Source of the DNA: Bugula neritina
Lineage: Eukaryota > Animalia > Bryozoa
DNA length: 64,000 bases
NCBI GenBank assembly: GCA_964035545.1
Contig: OZ037766.1
Coordinates: forward strand, 7,430,722-7,494,721
Reading direction: 5' to 3'
Numbering within the stretch: the stretch's first letter is position 1; each line of letters starts with the position of its first letter. Shown in pieces: positions 45,611-59,479 of this stretch. Under the pieces are notes generated by a model. That model searched no databases and was not told where the DNA came from. It saw only the letters and a program-made list of their open reading frames with translations. Both the position numbers and the translations under genes were made by a program.

Positions 45611-45958
45611 AGCACCCTAGCTCTGGGTATTACTGTATAGCACCCTAACTCTGGGTATTACTGTTTAGCACCCTGGCTCTGGGTACTACTGTATAGCACC
45701 CTAACTCTGGGTACTACTGTATAGCACCCTGGCTCTGAGTACTACTGTTTAGCACCCTGGCTCTGGGTACTACTGTATAGCACCCTGGCTCTGGGTATTA
45801 CTGTATAGCACCCTAACTCTGGGTATTACTGTATAACACCCTAATTCAGGGTACTACTGTATAGCACCCTAACTCTGGGTACTACTGTATAGCACCCTAA
45901 CTCTGGGTACTACTGAATAGCACCCTAACTCTGGGTACTACTGTATAGCACCCTGGCT
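45611..45958. repeat. 28-bp minisatellite AGCACCCTRRCTCTGGGTAYTACTGTAT, ~12.4 copies
   Basis: Read directly; head-to-tail with no spacers. Confidence 0.96.
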
Positions 45959-48900
45959 GAAGTGTAGCTCATGGTACTATGGCTACTCATCCAGTTGTAG
46001 TCGATTTGCTATCTGTGGAAATTATGAAGAGGTAATCAGATTACTAAAATAGCATGCTGTGAATAGGCTGTGTAACTATATTTTCTGTCATGAGAATATT
46101 TTATCTATGCTACAATATTTCAGCAATTTCTGATATGATCAATACACCATTGGACAGCAATAAGATGGCCTGTTATTAACATTTCACCTTCTGGAGTAGT
46201 CATTAAACATACCTCAACAGAGCAACTGTGAATGTCCCAACTTGAACACGCAATCTTTACAAAACAGAGCTGTGGTGGAGTCATTTACAAATAACTTGGC
46301 AGTTCCCACCAGATATCAGTGAACCCATCAGCATTGCTTATTTACAGAGAAAGCTTGTATAATAATATTGTGTTGTCATTTATGCAGCTCATTATAAGTT
46401 TACACGCAGGCTTAATAACTGTATTATAATAATATAGTATGTTAATAAACGGCTGACATGCCAACATTATTAAATATTGGTACATCAACTATACTAGTAC
46501 ATAGTTGTAGCAGGCCTAACCGCAACTTGCTAATTCCATTTCCAGTTTTGAAGTACTTTTTAGCCCATATATGGGGTGCAACAGGTATATAGTCCAATAC
46601 ATGTAACAAGGAATTTAAGTATTTTGGTAAATTTTGACTTCATTTAGAAGCAGTAGTGGAGAAATTCATATAGCCTACGTTCTTTGATTTTATTGTCAAA
46701 TTTTGATTTGGGGCAAGGGTTGAAACTCTTGTGAGAATATAACTTTGTTTGCTACATTTCTAATCTAGAATGCAGGTTATTTCCATCACTGCACTTATTT
46801 CAAATTACAGACACTGAGCAGTACATATACTTGATAAGTTCAAAATTCAAGACTCATGTTTATCTAAACATTTACTTATCATATAAATTTCTTCTTTTCC
46901 AATTTGCACAATAATCTTAATGCAAAAATTATCGAATAGTTGTAAGCCAAGAATTTAAAAATAATATTATGTTTTTTTAGAAAAAGCAAGCAAATAATGA
47001 TTTTATAGTTATTAAAGGTTTGCTTAGTCTTTGGTTAAGCAAATTTTTACTGCAGAGATGGTCAAAAATAGGGGTAGGTCCAACATAAAACTTCAAGCTA
47101 ATGTCAAAATTAACATGACGAAAATAAAAACTTTTATACCAGTTATTTGAGGCTCACTGGTTCTTATAACTAACACAATTGTAGCCCTGTAAAAATATAT
47201 TCCGCTATGCAAGAAGAATAAACACATTATACAAAGGATTGCCATCCTACAATATAAAGATGTTGTGCCATATACTACAAGATTAAGTGAACTTGACTCT
47301 ATTCAATAACATTCACACAAAAAATGCAGAAGTTTTTCTACCCACAATATATTTATTGAGAACTGGGTGATTTAGTTTAATCTACTTTAAAATTTCTGAT
47401 CTTTATAGTAAAGATACGATTGACCTTTGAACTCCTCATCTGGTTGCTATCTAAAAGTTGAAAAACTGTAATTTATACTTTGCATTGGATATAACAGTTT
47501 TCATAATTTATGTGATAAGAAATTAATATTTCTGCAGCTAAGCATAATCTATATCCGTTATTGACAGGCATTCTTTTTGGTATGGCATAACTTTTTAACC
47601 TCTTTCTATTCTTGCCAGAACCATCTAGTGAATTATATCACAGCAACTCCGGTTGGCTAGTGCATTCCCACCTGCATGTGGCTGTCACCACGTATAGTAA
47701 TGATTTAACTGTTGTTAAACTAAGACAAATACTGATGAGTCTGTTTTTGATGGCAATTACCATCCTACTTGATTACGTAACTGAAAGGTAATCTTTCAAA
47801 GAATACTACTGAGTATTGATGCAATATTTGCACAATGGAAAAAGAGCACGCATATTGTGCCTGGTGGCGATATCCACTATATTATTCTTCAGAGTTTACG
47901 TGGCTTACGTTTACTTTTGGCTAAAAATGTCAAAAACTTTTTTGGCATTGAAAAAAAAACGGTCATGAATAGCTCTGTTATTTATTTAATATATGATTAA
48001 TAGGTAGTCTTAAAAATTGCCTTTGCACTTGTAGTTCACACTTGGCAGTGCAGGTATTTGTAGTGGCAAACTACCATCATTGTTAAAACAGCTTCATTGC
48101 AGTTCATGTACAGCTTAAAAATAACACAGCTGTAACACTTACTATAATATTTATATAATAGAAAGTTATGCAATATGTCATCCAAAATAAGCTCTCCTGT
48201 ACTTTCCTTTCAATGACTTTTCTCAAATTGTTAGGTACAATGAGAGCTGTAGAACGTAAACTGATAAAATAAAATACTTCTGGTAAAAAATCTTTGTAAA
48301 GACAGAAACAACCAAATAATTATAGCAGAACTTCCGTTTGATTCAGACTTTAGCTTATATTAGAAATACTGGCATCATTCAAATTTCAACAGCTTATAGG
48401 ATCTCATACCTTCAAGATTTTGTTACCCCACAACAACTGAATCAACATTTAGGGAGAAAATTGATTATTCAGATATTTATTTCAGTTTAGAGTTATTCGC
48501 TTTACCACTAACCACTCTTGCAGATGTGAAATGTAAGTAACAGGTGTACATATTGAAAGTAGCAATATGGTCCTGCATGATTGTTCACTTAATCACTTAC
48601 TCTGCTGCAAAAGTCATTAGTCTACTTCCCCTTATTCTGTATTTACTGTTTCCAGCTTTGTCCTTTGTAGTATTTGATCTACTGACTCCATAAAAAATAG
48701 ATTACATTGAGTTGGGAGTTGAGTGGCGTGTTCTTTGTGTCCAGAAATAACTTACGTTGGGCAGATTCATAAACATACTATAAAATTGTTTTTGCAAAAC
48801 ACAAGTGCTTTGATTCACAAAAGCCAATAAATAACAATGCATATATTATATGCATAGTTGTACACATGTGTTTTGGTCAAAGAGGGCACTATAAGGATAT

Positions 48901-51482
48901 GTATAATGAATAAGCATTGAAGAGCTAGGGCTTATGCACAAAGCACTAGGGTTTCCTTTTGTTTAATTTGGTGATTAGAATTATATTAAAGAGCTTAAAA
49001 AACAGTGGAAGTAGGTGTGTGGAGGGGTCAGAACTTTTCTTGAGATAGCATTGGTCCAGGGAAGACTTTTAGCACGAATATTTTCTGGACTGCAATATAG
49101 AAACTCTGGGCTGAAACAAAATTTAGCAAATTAAAAACTCAAGCTAAGTAAACATTTTCACATTTGCACTCAAAAACCAAATCAAAAGTGATTATAACAG
49201 ATGATGGTGCATTGATCTGTTAGGTGTAGTGTAGTTTAGCTGCAGAGTAATTGCTGTGAATACTTATTGCTATTTTTTAATAAAAGTGTTGAGTTTTTTT
49301 AACAACACATTTTTTGGAAACATTATTTAAAAAAGTTGTCTCTACATGAAGACAGCCACCTGCTATCACCTGTCATCAGTAAATTTTTATTGAAAAGTTT
49401 AAATGTTTAGAATCTGCTTTTAAGGCAAATGCAGTATGTTGGTAACAATGTGAAAAGTTGCCTATACCAAGGAAATACAACAAAGAATTTCAAATCAAAA
49501 TTAAAAACTCATAACAAAAGGTGTCTTCTGTCCATGGCACAGTTACTCCATTTATTTATTTATTGAGGCCAATCATGAAACTCTGGTTTGGGCCTCATTA
49601 CAAAAAAGAGCTGCATTAGACATCAGAATTTAAATCATTTTTAAAAGTTGCATTAAAAGTACGTGATATAATAATAATAATAATAATAATAATCATTCAA
49701 CATTCCATATTTGATACAAAGATATTATATTACATGCCTTATTAAAAATGTAGTTGAAACACCTGAAGTCAAGCCACTAATTAGGATTATATTACATTAA
49801 AATGTTCGAACCATGCTCTACCCCACCCCAACTGTGGAGCTTTTAGCTCTACCGAATGCTATGAATGGGTTAGCGGACATAAATCACATTGGGTTAACCA
49901 CAAAATTTAATGTCAGTTTTTTCACTTTTCCATCTCTCAGCTGATAGGTGTACTTGCTGACTTTTGCATACAGACATCATTATATACAGCTTCACAGCTT
50001 TTGTGGTATAATAACATTAAACTAATAAGTGATAAATTTATATTCAGTATTTTCCAGTGCACCGAGATTCTGCAACCATTAATCAAAATAAAAGCGATAA
50101 CCCCTTGTTCTATCAGTCAAGTCTTAGTGCAAGTGACTTGGTGATGGTGACACTTACTCTGTCTAATAACTCTTCCCCATCAATACCAGAGGCTAATTCC
50201 AACAGTTAATTTGCATAAAATTACAGAAATATTTAAATTTTAAGCAAATAAACAGCAAAAGACTTGCATGTAGCTTGAAGAGTACTCTAACTAAATTGAA
50301 ATAACTTGTCACTTTGTGTGATATAATTAAGTGATTGCAGAGCTTGTAACAAAGAAGCTTAGCTGTGAAGATGGGTGGGCATGTCTGCAGCTACCACATT
50401 TGTCCGCACCACAATAGAGTTTCAGATACCCTGCATTAAATTAGTAGCAGCTATCAATATACTGTGCATTATACCAATCGGGAAGACGAGAAATGCTTTG
50501 AATACTTTACGTGACTTTGTCAGCATAGTTTCCTGCAGCTGAAAGAGAATTAAAAAGGATTTTCCAGAAAAGCTGCTATCATTAAAATTTTATTGTACTT
50601 TAATTTTATAAGAAATTATAATCCTGCAAAGCCTGCTTTTCGTTCTGCGCTGAATATTGCGACATGGGGCCGCAGACAACCCTGCAATAATTCGCATAGG
50701 AAATGAGGCTGTAGGACCAGACATTCTTGCCACTCTTAAAATTATCTTCCAACTATACAAGGCTAAGCTCAAAATGGAGAATGCTACCAAATTTTTGCTA
50801 GGTTTAAAGAGTTTGAAATAGTTTGTCAGAGCTTCTGTCTTGCAATTTGAAATCTTTAAAGGCGTTACATAATGAAACGCCAAGCTTCAAAAGGTTGATA
50901 TCACAAATTAATCAGCTTTTTGCTCTAAAATCATAGAGTAGTTGAAAACAGAAAGGTTTAAATTTCTACTGCTAAGTTCATAGTTCATACCATTACATCA
51001 TCACCATCGTAACACCCAAACCATGCTGTGGCTTGAGATAGACTGCAATGGGAAAAGAGTGGGAGAGTGCCGTGGCACTAGGCGACAGGTTGTTGACAAA
51101 CAGCTGTACAGGAGTTTGAGGCAATATTTAGTATTTCAAATTTCATTTCTAACTGATTTCACAGTTACATTCATTCTAGATAGCAGACTGAATGTTCATG
51201 ATTGCATCACTAAATGAAATAACAATTATATCATTTTTTGCTTGACCATAGAAATTCCATCAAACCTCACACATAAGGTATAAGAATGACTAGTTTTGTT
51301 ACCTAGTTAACCATCTAGTAAATTATGTATTCAGGTATTTAAAAGCATGGGATGATGATGTGAAGTTAAGACCAGTATAATATCTACATAATATGGTATA
51401 CCATAATTAAATATTTTATACTATTTGAAGAATGCCACTATTTGTGTTTCTCAATTCTCAGCTCTTATTGTCATGGAAGGAA

Positions 51483-51499
51483 GGGGGGGGGGGGGGGGG
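51483..51499. repeat. G17 homopolymer
   Basis: Read directly. Confidence 0.95.
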
Positions 51500-51734
51500 C
51501 ATTTACCAAACTATTATTATGCAGCCAAAGAATGCAACTGTTGTACCTGAATCATCTGGACATCTTGTTTGTGTAGATAAGTTGCACAAGAAAACATCTG
51601 TCCATCTATGAAAGCGTCAATTTTGCAATTTGGAACAGCCTATAGCAAAGTGTTGTTGGACTGAAAGAAACCTTTTTTGTTGAAATATAGAAAAACAAGT
51701 TTCTATCCTTTGTGCAAGCAGCTGTAAAGAAGTA

Positions 51735-51922
<188 letters not shown>

Positions 51923-54900
51923 AAACTTTTGAAGCATCACTGCACTTTTTTAAATAGTGTTAGTTCTACTGGATGTTCAAAACAAGTTGATATCATGTAG
52001 CTGCTCCAAACTCAAGTTCTACATCAAAATTGTGAGTCCATGCTAAGCACAACTTGGCAAATCAACATTACAATAACTAACAACCCTACTGCATGTAGCA
52101 ACTATACATCTCTGCATACAATTTATGTACTCAATAGACAAAGGACAGATTTATGGTGCGCCTACAAACATGGTCACTTTGCATTGAAAGGCTGACAAAC
52201 TAATGAATTTATTACAGTTAACTTACTTGCTAGTCTAGCGGCTTACCATAATGATGGCAGAATTCAATAAATCTATTATATGGAATATTTACAATTCGGT
52301 AAACTCAGGGTAGCTTAGCTTTGTTTGGCTATTTAAAGTTGTGCAGTTGGCTACAGTTAACCCTTTACATATAGGAATGCCCTATTCATTCAATAATAAA
52401 CAAACACTTGAAGTGATAAGTTGAAATCTTGCAGTAGGACAACCCTGTAGACAAGGGGACCGTAGACAAGTACTAGCATGATGTGTAGTAAGCAGCATAA
52501 CATCTCTCAAATATTTCAACTAGAGAGGTCGTGTCTAAGGCAGCAGTTAGTAAATAAACTTCCAGGGAAGACTGGAGACAAAACATCAACATATTGTGTT
52601 GCTAGTTAGCTATAAAAGTCACTGACTACTAAAAGAACAAATAGACTAATGATTTATGAATCAGGACTAATTAACTACAATTAACTGCTCATAATCTGCT
52701 ACCTGAAGTACTATTCATATTCCTAGAAAGGGACTAAGAGGCTGCTATCACGCACTTACTATGAACGCAGTTTACAAAAGGCCGACTAATCTTGTAAAAA
52801 ATTATCACTAGTGGGCTAATGTACACAATATTGGACAGGCCATTTCTTAAACAAACATATTGACTATCATTTCTTAAAGTCAACAAACTGTGGAGTGGAA
52901 ATTAGTGATATACAATCTTACTTTTCTACACGTGTGACTTGCCCATGTCAGGCCGTATGCATTGCTTCTGCTTCGTCCGTCTGCTAGTAATGCCAAAAAT
53001 AGATATGGTCCGATCTCTCTATCATATGTTGGTTAGATTATCATATTCAATGTCACACCACAAACGAAAACCAATATATCTTATTTGCTCCTTAGACATG
53101 AGTATTTCAGGTTGTTAATTTTTTATTGTTATTGCTCATTCATATTCTCCTTACAATTTAGGTTTCCAAACTTCTAATTTTTTCAAGTTCAAGAACAAAA
53201 GGAAAGTTTTTTAGTTTTCAAACTACATTCAGTAATAAAACTTTAGTGCATAACATTACTGCTTCTTCTGGTTGACCCAATGACAAGTCAAGGACAAATT
53301 TATTAGAAATTTATGGCTTCATAGCCACAATAATTCTTATAGAAAGTTAACCATTAAAATACAAAACTCTCTTGTAACTAGCTTGATAAAATATACCATA
53401 AGTAAAACTAGCAGAGAAAATATAACTTGAATCTCTCAATCGTTTCCTGTGAAATATATGTTTCTTTTTGTTATTTTTATTACACTTTTTTTATTAACCT
53501 TTTAAGAGTTCAACTCTAAATAATCTGGTAAGCCAAGAGTTTTCCTGCAGCAATCTACATTGTAGGCAAATATTCTTCTTCCAACTTCAAACTTGTAGCC
53601 TATTTGGCAGCAAGTAGATAAACACAAAATCAACAAACGAGATGTTTAACTTTTATAATATAGTATTTATAAAAAAACAGGAAATTAATTTTACACAAAG
53701 AAACAAAGCACAAAAATAAAAGCATGAATAAATATACAATTAATTATGATTTTGACTAAACTATTTGGCTGCTGTGTAAGCAACAACCAAACACGAAATA
53801 AGCTTTAAAACTCCCATTAATTATTCTTTCAACATTAATTTTTATGCATAATAATTATATTTTAGCTTCATCCAGGATATATTTGGAAATGCTTCTGAAA
53901 TACTTAGAATTTAAAAAACAATTGTATGTTTAACATATTGAAGCCAAATGCATACTGCTTTTAGTTAGCCTGGATTGCCAACTTTGAATCTGGTACTTGA
54001 ATTTAAACCTTTGTTTATCTACCTTAGAAAAAAAGGAGGGGGGGGGGCAGGTAAAAAAGCAAAGAAAACTTTTAGTCATTTTTAGGGTTGTGTCTACCTT
54101 TTAGAGAAATTATATTCTAATTTTAGAAACGTTGCTTATTAGTTGAATAGCTGGGCTAAATTGTGATGATCATGCAATCTATGGGTGTTGAAAGTCAATT
54201 TTTTTGAAACTGTCCAACTATTTGAAAGTAACACCCAAATGCTTTTGCCATTGATGAAAACATGCATGTTTCATAATATTTTACCTTGACACACTGTGGT
54301 TGAATTTTACACTGAGCACAATTAATTAGTAAATCAACAAAATAAGTCATAATATTGTGTGAGCTAAAAAAAGCGGAAGGGGAGCTCTAACCCTTTGGCT
54401 ACTACTTATGATGGCCCTCTCATATTTACTACTCTGCCACTCAAATGTGTAAACTAAAAAATCAAATTAGAGCAATATTGTCACCACAAGCAGTAACTTT
54501 TATGAAAGTTGTAAAAGCTACTTGAGAGTTCATTTTGCAAACAAGTTTGTAGCTTTTCATGTTGAGGTTCAGAAAGGGACTACACTGTGTTGCAATCTTC
54601 CCTCTAACCACCAGCCCTACTCTGAGTGATTCCTCCCGTAACCACTATTGTCAAAATTGAATTATTTCATCTTTATGACCAGCTTGTTACTACGGGTCAA
54701 AAATAGATTAGCACTGTTTTTCAGTGGAGACTTTTTATTGTTCACCCTGAGTTTCAAATACCCCACATTGGCATAAAGTAAGCCTTAAAGTTAAATAAAT
54801 TTATGGTTAGCATAATGCTTGACAAATTAGAAACTAAGTTATAACAACTGGTTGTGGAAACTTTCATAGTTATAAAGCTATTTTTGGGACAAATGTTAAT

Positions 54901-55359
54901 ACCCTATATGATATAATAGTCTATATTATTGTATTGAATTGTATTGAATAAAAAATAGATTGTTCTACCTCTAGATTTCATAATTTACATAACCACCTAT
55001 CAGCATTGCAAGTATAAAGTAGTAAGAATGGCAAACATTTCTAGGTTTGAATAAGCAGTCAGGTTATTGTCAAGTTTAACAACTAAACGATTAATTTAGC
55101 TACTGTCCTCTGTAATGGAAAATATTGCTCAATAATGTTAGAGACAACCCATCAAAAGTGAAATGTTTAGCTGGTCAAATCAACAAGTTAACAGTTATAC
55201 CAGTCTATGAGTCAGTGCAAGCATTTTTTGCAACAAAACAAAAACTCTGCAGCCAGAATACAATACAATTTATTGTGAAATCTTTGTTGAAACTGCAAAA
55301 TACATACTACTCGTATCAATAATTTCTTGTTATGGATGGCTAAAGTACAGGAAGGGTAG

Positions 55360-55518
55360 AGAGTATAGACTATAGAGTATAGACTATAGAGTATAGACTA
55401 TAAAATATAGACTATAGAATATAGACTATAGAGTATAGACTATAGAGTATAGACTATATAGACTATAGAGTATAGACTATAGAGTAGAGACTATAGAGTA
55501 TAGACTATAGAGTATAGA
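55360..55518. repeat. 14-bp tandem repeat (GAGTATAGACTATA), ~11 copies
   Basis: Read directly; each unit is two 7-mers differing by G/C. Confidence 0.93.
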
Positions 55519-57964
55519 GGGTGTGAAAAGCATACAAGACGTGGTTGAATAGTGCATAGAGTTCTCAACAAACTTACATAGTTGTGTACATATAGTTGTC
55601 TTAAATACAAAATTATAGTGCATCTTGTACACAAACTTCACCAACTTTTGTTTCTTTCCAAACAAAGCAAAACAAACAGATTACAGCTGTTAAGGTGTAG
55701 CTATTCAGCTATTATAATAATAGTTTAGATAACAGCTCCTGAGAGCTCTGCTTGTAAAAATATGTCACCAGTTTCTATTGTTGTACTTTTGGCAAATCTT
55801 TACAGCTTTCTAATTGCTATGGGCTATTTCTATAGAACCAGTTATTAAACCTTGACTTCTTGCCCAAACATGAGTAGAATAACTGTAATTGTGACAGTCA
55901 AGTGTACAGTTTAAGCTGTCATATAATTTTGGCAAAGTCTCTAGAATCTAGAATCTAGGTCTATACAACTTTACTGTTTATTCATTTCTCATACTAGCTT
56001 TATTTGTCAGGCTCACCCACAGGGCAATAAAATGTGGTACATGATAACATAAAAGCCCAAAATGAGTCTATGAAAAGATACAGCAATTTTCCTTTACACT
56101 TGTACACCATTTCTACTTGCTATAGAACTGGTTTTCACTCATGCATAGATTCCTTTGACAGCAAAAGTCTGGAAAAATGTCACCAAAATTAGCACTAAAT
56201 TCAGTTCAATAGTAGCATAATAAGTGCTGCTAAAGGATGACTTCCGGTGTTTGCCACTAGTTGGAAATCATCAGTTAAGATAACAAACAACAAAGAAGAC
56301 CTGTTAAGTGATGGGAATTTTTTATCTCATGTTGACACAGTATTATCCCTTACACAATAGCCTACGCAGTCTTGTCTGAATAAAAGATGAATGACTTGAG
56401 ATATTAATTTGAGATTCTTCATACTGCAGTTTACATAATCTGATTCCCTAGATTATCTATTGTCATTACTATAATAGTATTGTGAGACAACCTTTTATGT
56501 TAGGTGAGACCAAATCAGACAGACTACTCTGCACAGATTTGAGTGTGTATTGAGTAACTGTTGTAGTGCAACTCACATTCAGCTACTATTGCATAATTGT
56601 TTGAACATGCTATCTCTAAGAGATTTAGAAAACAATTTACTTTGTGCTTATGCTACTACAGTTTTAATTATCTAGCTTTATGTTTATTCAGTTTGTATAA
56701 TTCTTATAAATTTAAAAATCGTTAAAAATGTCAACTCCTATATAAATTATTACATAATATTATAATGAAGGCTTTACCAACTCAGACTTGCAACTTTTCT
56801 CAAAGCCTTAGGTCTATATATATGTGAGATAAGAAGTTGCCTGCCCCTGGGAAAAAGACTAGTTTTAAATACCAAACCAATCTCAGTTAACTCAAAACTT
56901 GCATCTCAGGATCTAAAATTAATTTTTTTACTTTAATTCTTCCCAATCTAGTATAACTTTCCTATGAGCGAGCCCATATTTTTATATTTTGTTACATTAC
57001 TATATTCCGCTATTTTTTTATGTAATTATTCAGCCTAATTTTTGAACCCAGGTAGCATCTATCAGCCTAATAAAAACCCTACTCTCTGACCGTTTATTGT
57101 TTGCTCAAAATTTGTTGAGAGACGCTGAAACAAAGTAGTAAAAACAAACAAAGTTTTAGTTGATCTTGTTATTCTTTAGTTGGTATGCTTACACTATGCC
57201 CACCTGACTTTTCTATTTGCTAAAAGTCTATAAAGACTAAGCCAACAAATTGCAGCAAAACGATCGTAAATCTCTGCCTGCTGCGTGAGTTATGTGAGTC
57301 AGAGATATTCCTGTTACTCATTGACAATGCAATCCTAATGCATCCTGATCCTAATCCTATTCTGGAGAAGCGAATCTCACAAGTTTGACCTGTGGGCTGG
57401 TCATGGATTCACTTCAAACCAACAGCTGACAGCTTTCCTACAAAGGACTTAGTTAAATGTTGTGATTATTGTTTGGTTGGTAATACAATAGAGTAGTTGT
57501 GTACGCTAATTTAAATGTAGCTGCAATGGTTTAATCAAGTTAGATATGTATGTAAGTGTTATAAGTTAGCTCATTGAATGTTCACTAGTATAAGAATAAG
57601 GTGACATTTGGTATTATGGGCTAATTTTCACTGCTAGTTATGTGTAAAGAAATCAACCATGAATATAACTTAGAAGTAATTACTAAGAATTGCCGCCAAA
57701 TTTGCTGAACTGTGACATGATATGATTTATGCAGAATTATAAAACTAGTAGTTTATATCCCATTGCACTTGTCCAGGAGATTTTTTTTATAGAGTTGGAT
57801 GTTAAATTATGGAGAGGTGGAAAAGTTGGTAGTTGCTAATGGAATTAGCCCTACTTAATTGTTGACACATGCTCGATAATATATCGTTCAAATAAGTTCT
57901 TTACTAAAAAGCTAAAGGCTGAAGTAGGTGCATCTTATTATGGTAATGTTTGTAATTTAGAAAA

Positions 57965-58737
57965 ATCAAAGCATTGCCATCATTTACTGAAACTCCAGCT
58001 ATATTCCGCTTTGATCTAAGCATAAAAAGCAATGCATCTAAAAGTCTGCCAATTTTCAATGAAAGGCGCAGCATCCGATGTGGCAGTAAGCCTTGAAAGC
58101 ACATGGCAACACCTGCCACATGGGCAAGTGCTCTTCTTTAATTTATTTTAGTATTAATGCGCGAACTCGAGAGCTTTTCTCGAAACTTTTAAATAAGAAT
58201 GTTTATAAAAAAAGTTTAAAACATGTAACCACAGAGAAATATATTTTACATCAATTAATATGCACACATTATTGCGGTTTTACAACCTTTATTAATTATT
58301 ATATAAATCCGAAAGCATGACAACTCGTGCAGCGCACAGTTCGCGGGTATAAAGATTTTAAATCTAACTACGCTTTAAAATTGTATGCTAATAGCTACGT
58401 GTTTTTTTTATTAAATTAAAAATAATTAAACGTTAAATTATGGACATTATTATTAAAATGTTTTTAATTTTAGATGCTATTATAAAAAAAATTAATGGCG
58501 CAAAACTTAGTTTTTACCCGGTGCCTCATTGCAGCTGGCGTATTAATAATGATTTCATAAAAATGTAGTATCCGCGCTAGCGTGTGCTACACGGCTTAGA
58601 GCTCCCACGTGAAGCTATCGTGTTAGCACTCTATTCATTTCAAGCTAAAGTTAAATAGCTGGACTATCGGACTGTACAATTTGCAGAAACTTTCTAATTT
58701 CTGCGTTACCAATTTGCCAGGACTAAAAAATTCTCCC
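57965..58737 (+). promoter_or_regulatory. Putative myc promoter and non-coding exon 1
   Basis: Locally CpG-rich. TCF/LEF-type sites at 57965-57972 and 58008-58016; four E-boxes at 58100-58130; TATAAA near 58348; CACGTG at 58606-58611. Donor GTAAGT at 58738 pairs with the strong acceptor ending at 59455, upstream of the ATG. Confidence 0.55.
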
Positions 58738-59479
58738 GTAAGTGATTAAGAATATTTTTCATTTACTGCTTGAAAATCAAAATGATTATTTACTCGTACT
58801 TGTAGTACTAGTTGTCTCGCCAACAGTCTCGGTTTCTGTCTGACGTGTAAAACTTGTCTCTTAATATTTCAACTCCAAAGGGCTGTGCCTTTCTCACTCA
58901 CTTGTAGGCAATCGTATTTTGTTGCTCCTATTGGCATGCCTGTGCTTTAATTTGAATAAATACTTACTTTAGGCTTCAGTTTATAGTTTAAATTACTAAT
59001 GCTCATGGCAATAGTAATACTATCACTATCCGTTTCATTCAATATTTGTTCAAATCCATCATTTTTAAAGTTGCCACTTCCAACTTTGTGGTACATTGAT
59101 TACTCTTAGTATCACAGCAACACCTACTACTAGTAGTAAAAGTTGAGTTCACGATTTCTAGTAGTAGTCAATTGAATTGTTTGATAAATACACATGAATT
59201 TGGACATGCTGCATCATCGTAATTGTATCACTTTGATGCAAGCTCGCCCTCACGCTTTCTTAAATCATTAAATGTAATGATCTCTTTTTAGTAACTAAAA
59301 ATATAACTAGCAAATTGTATATTTTGTACTCCTGCTTGGTTTAGTTTGCTATAATAATTTCAGCCAACGCTGTTGTAATAATCATATTTTGCTGTTGTAC
59401 AGTTACAAACCAATAGATTTCCTTTAACCACCGTTTAACCTTGTTTTTTTTACAGGTACAGATATTGCTGTTTCCAAAG

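Noticed and set aside
45611-45958. CRISPR-like 28-bp palindromic repeats
   Set aside because: No spacers, no cas genes, eukaryotic context.
50590-50883. 97-aa minus-strand ORF
   Set aside because: No motifs or splice support; compatible with chance.
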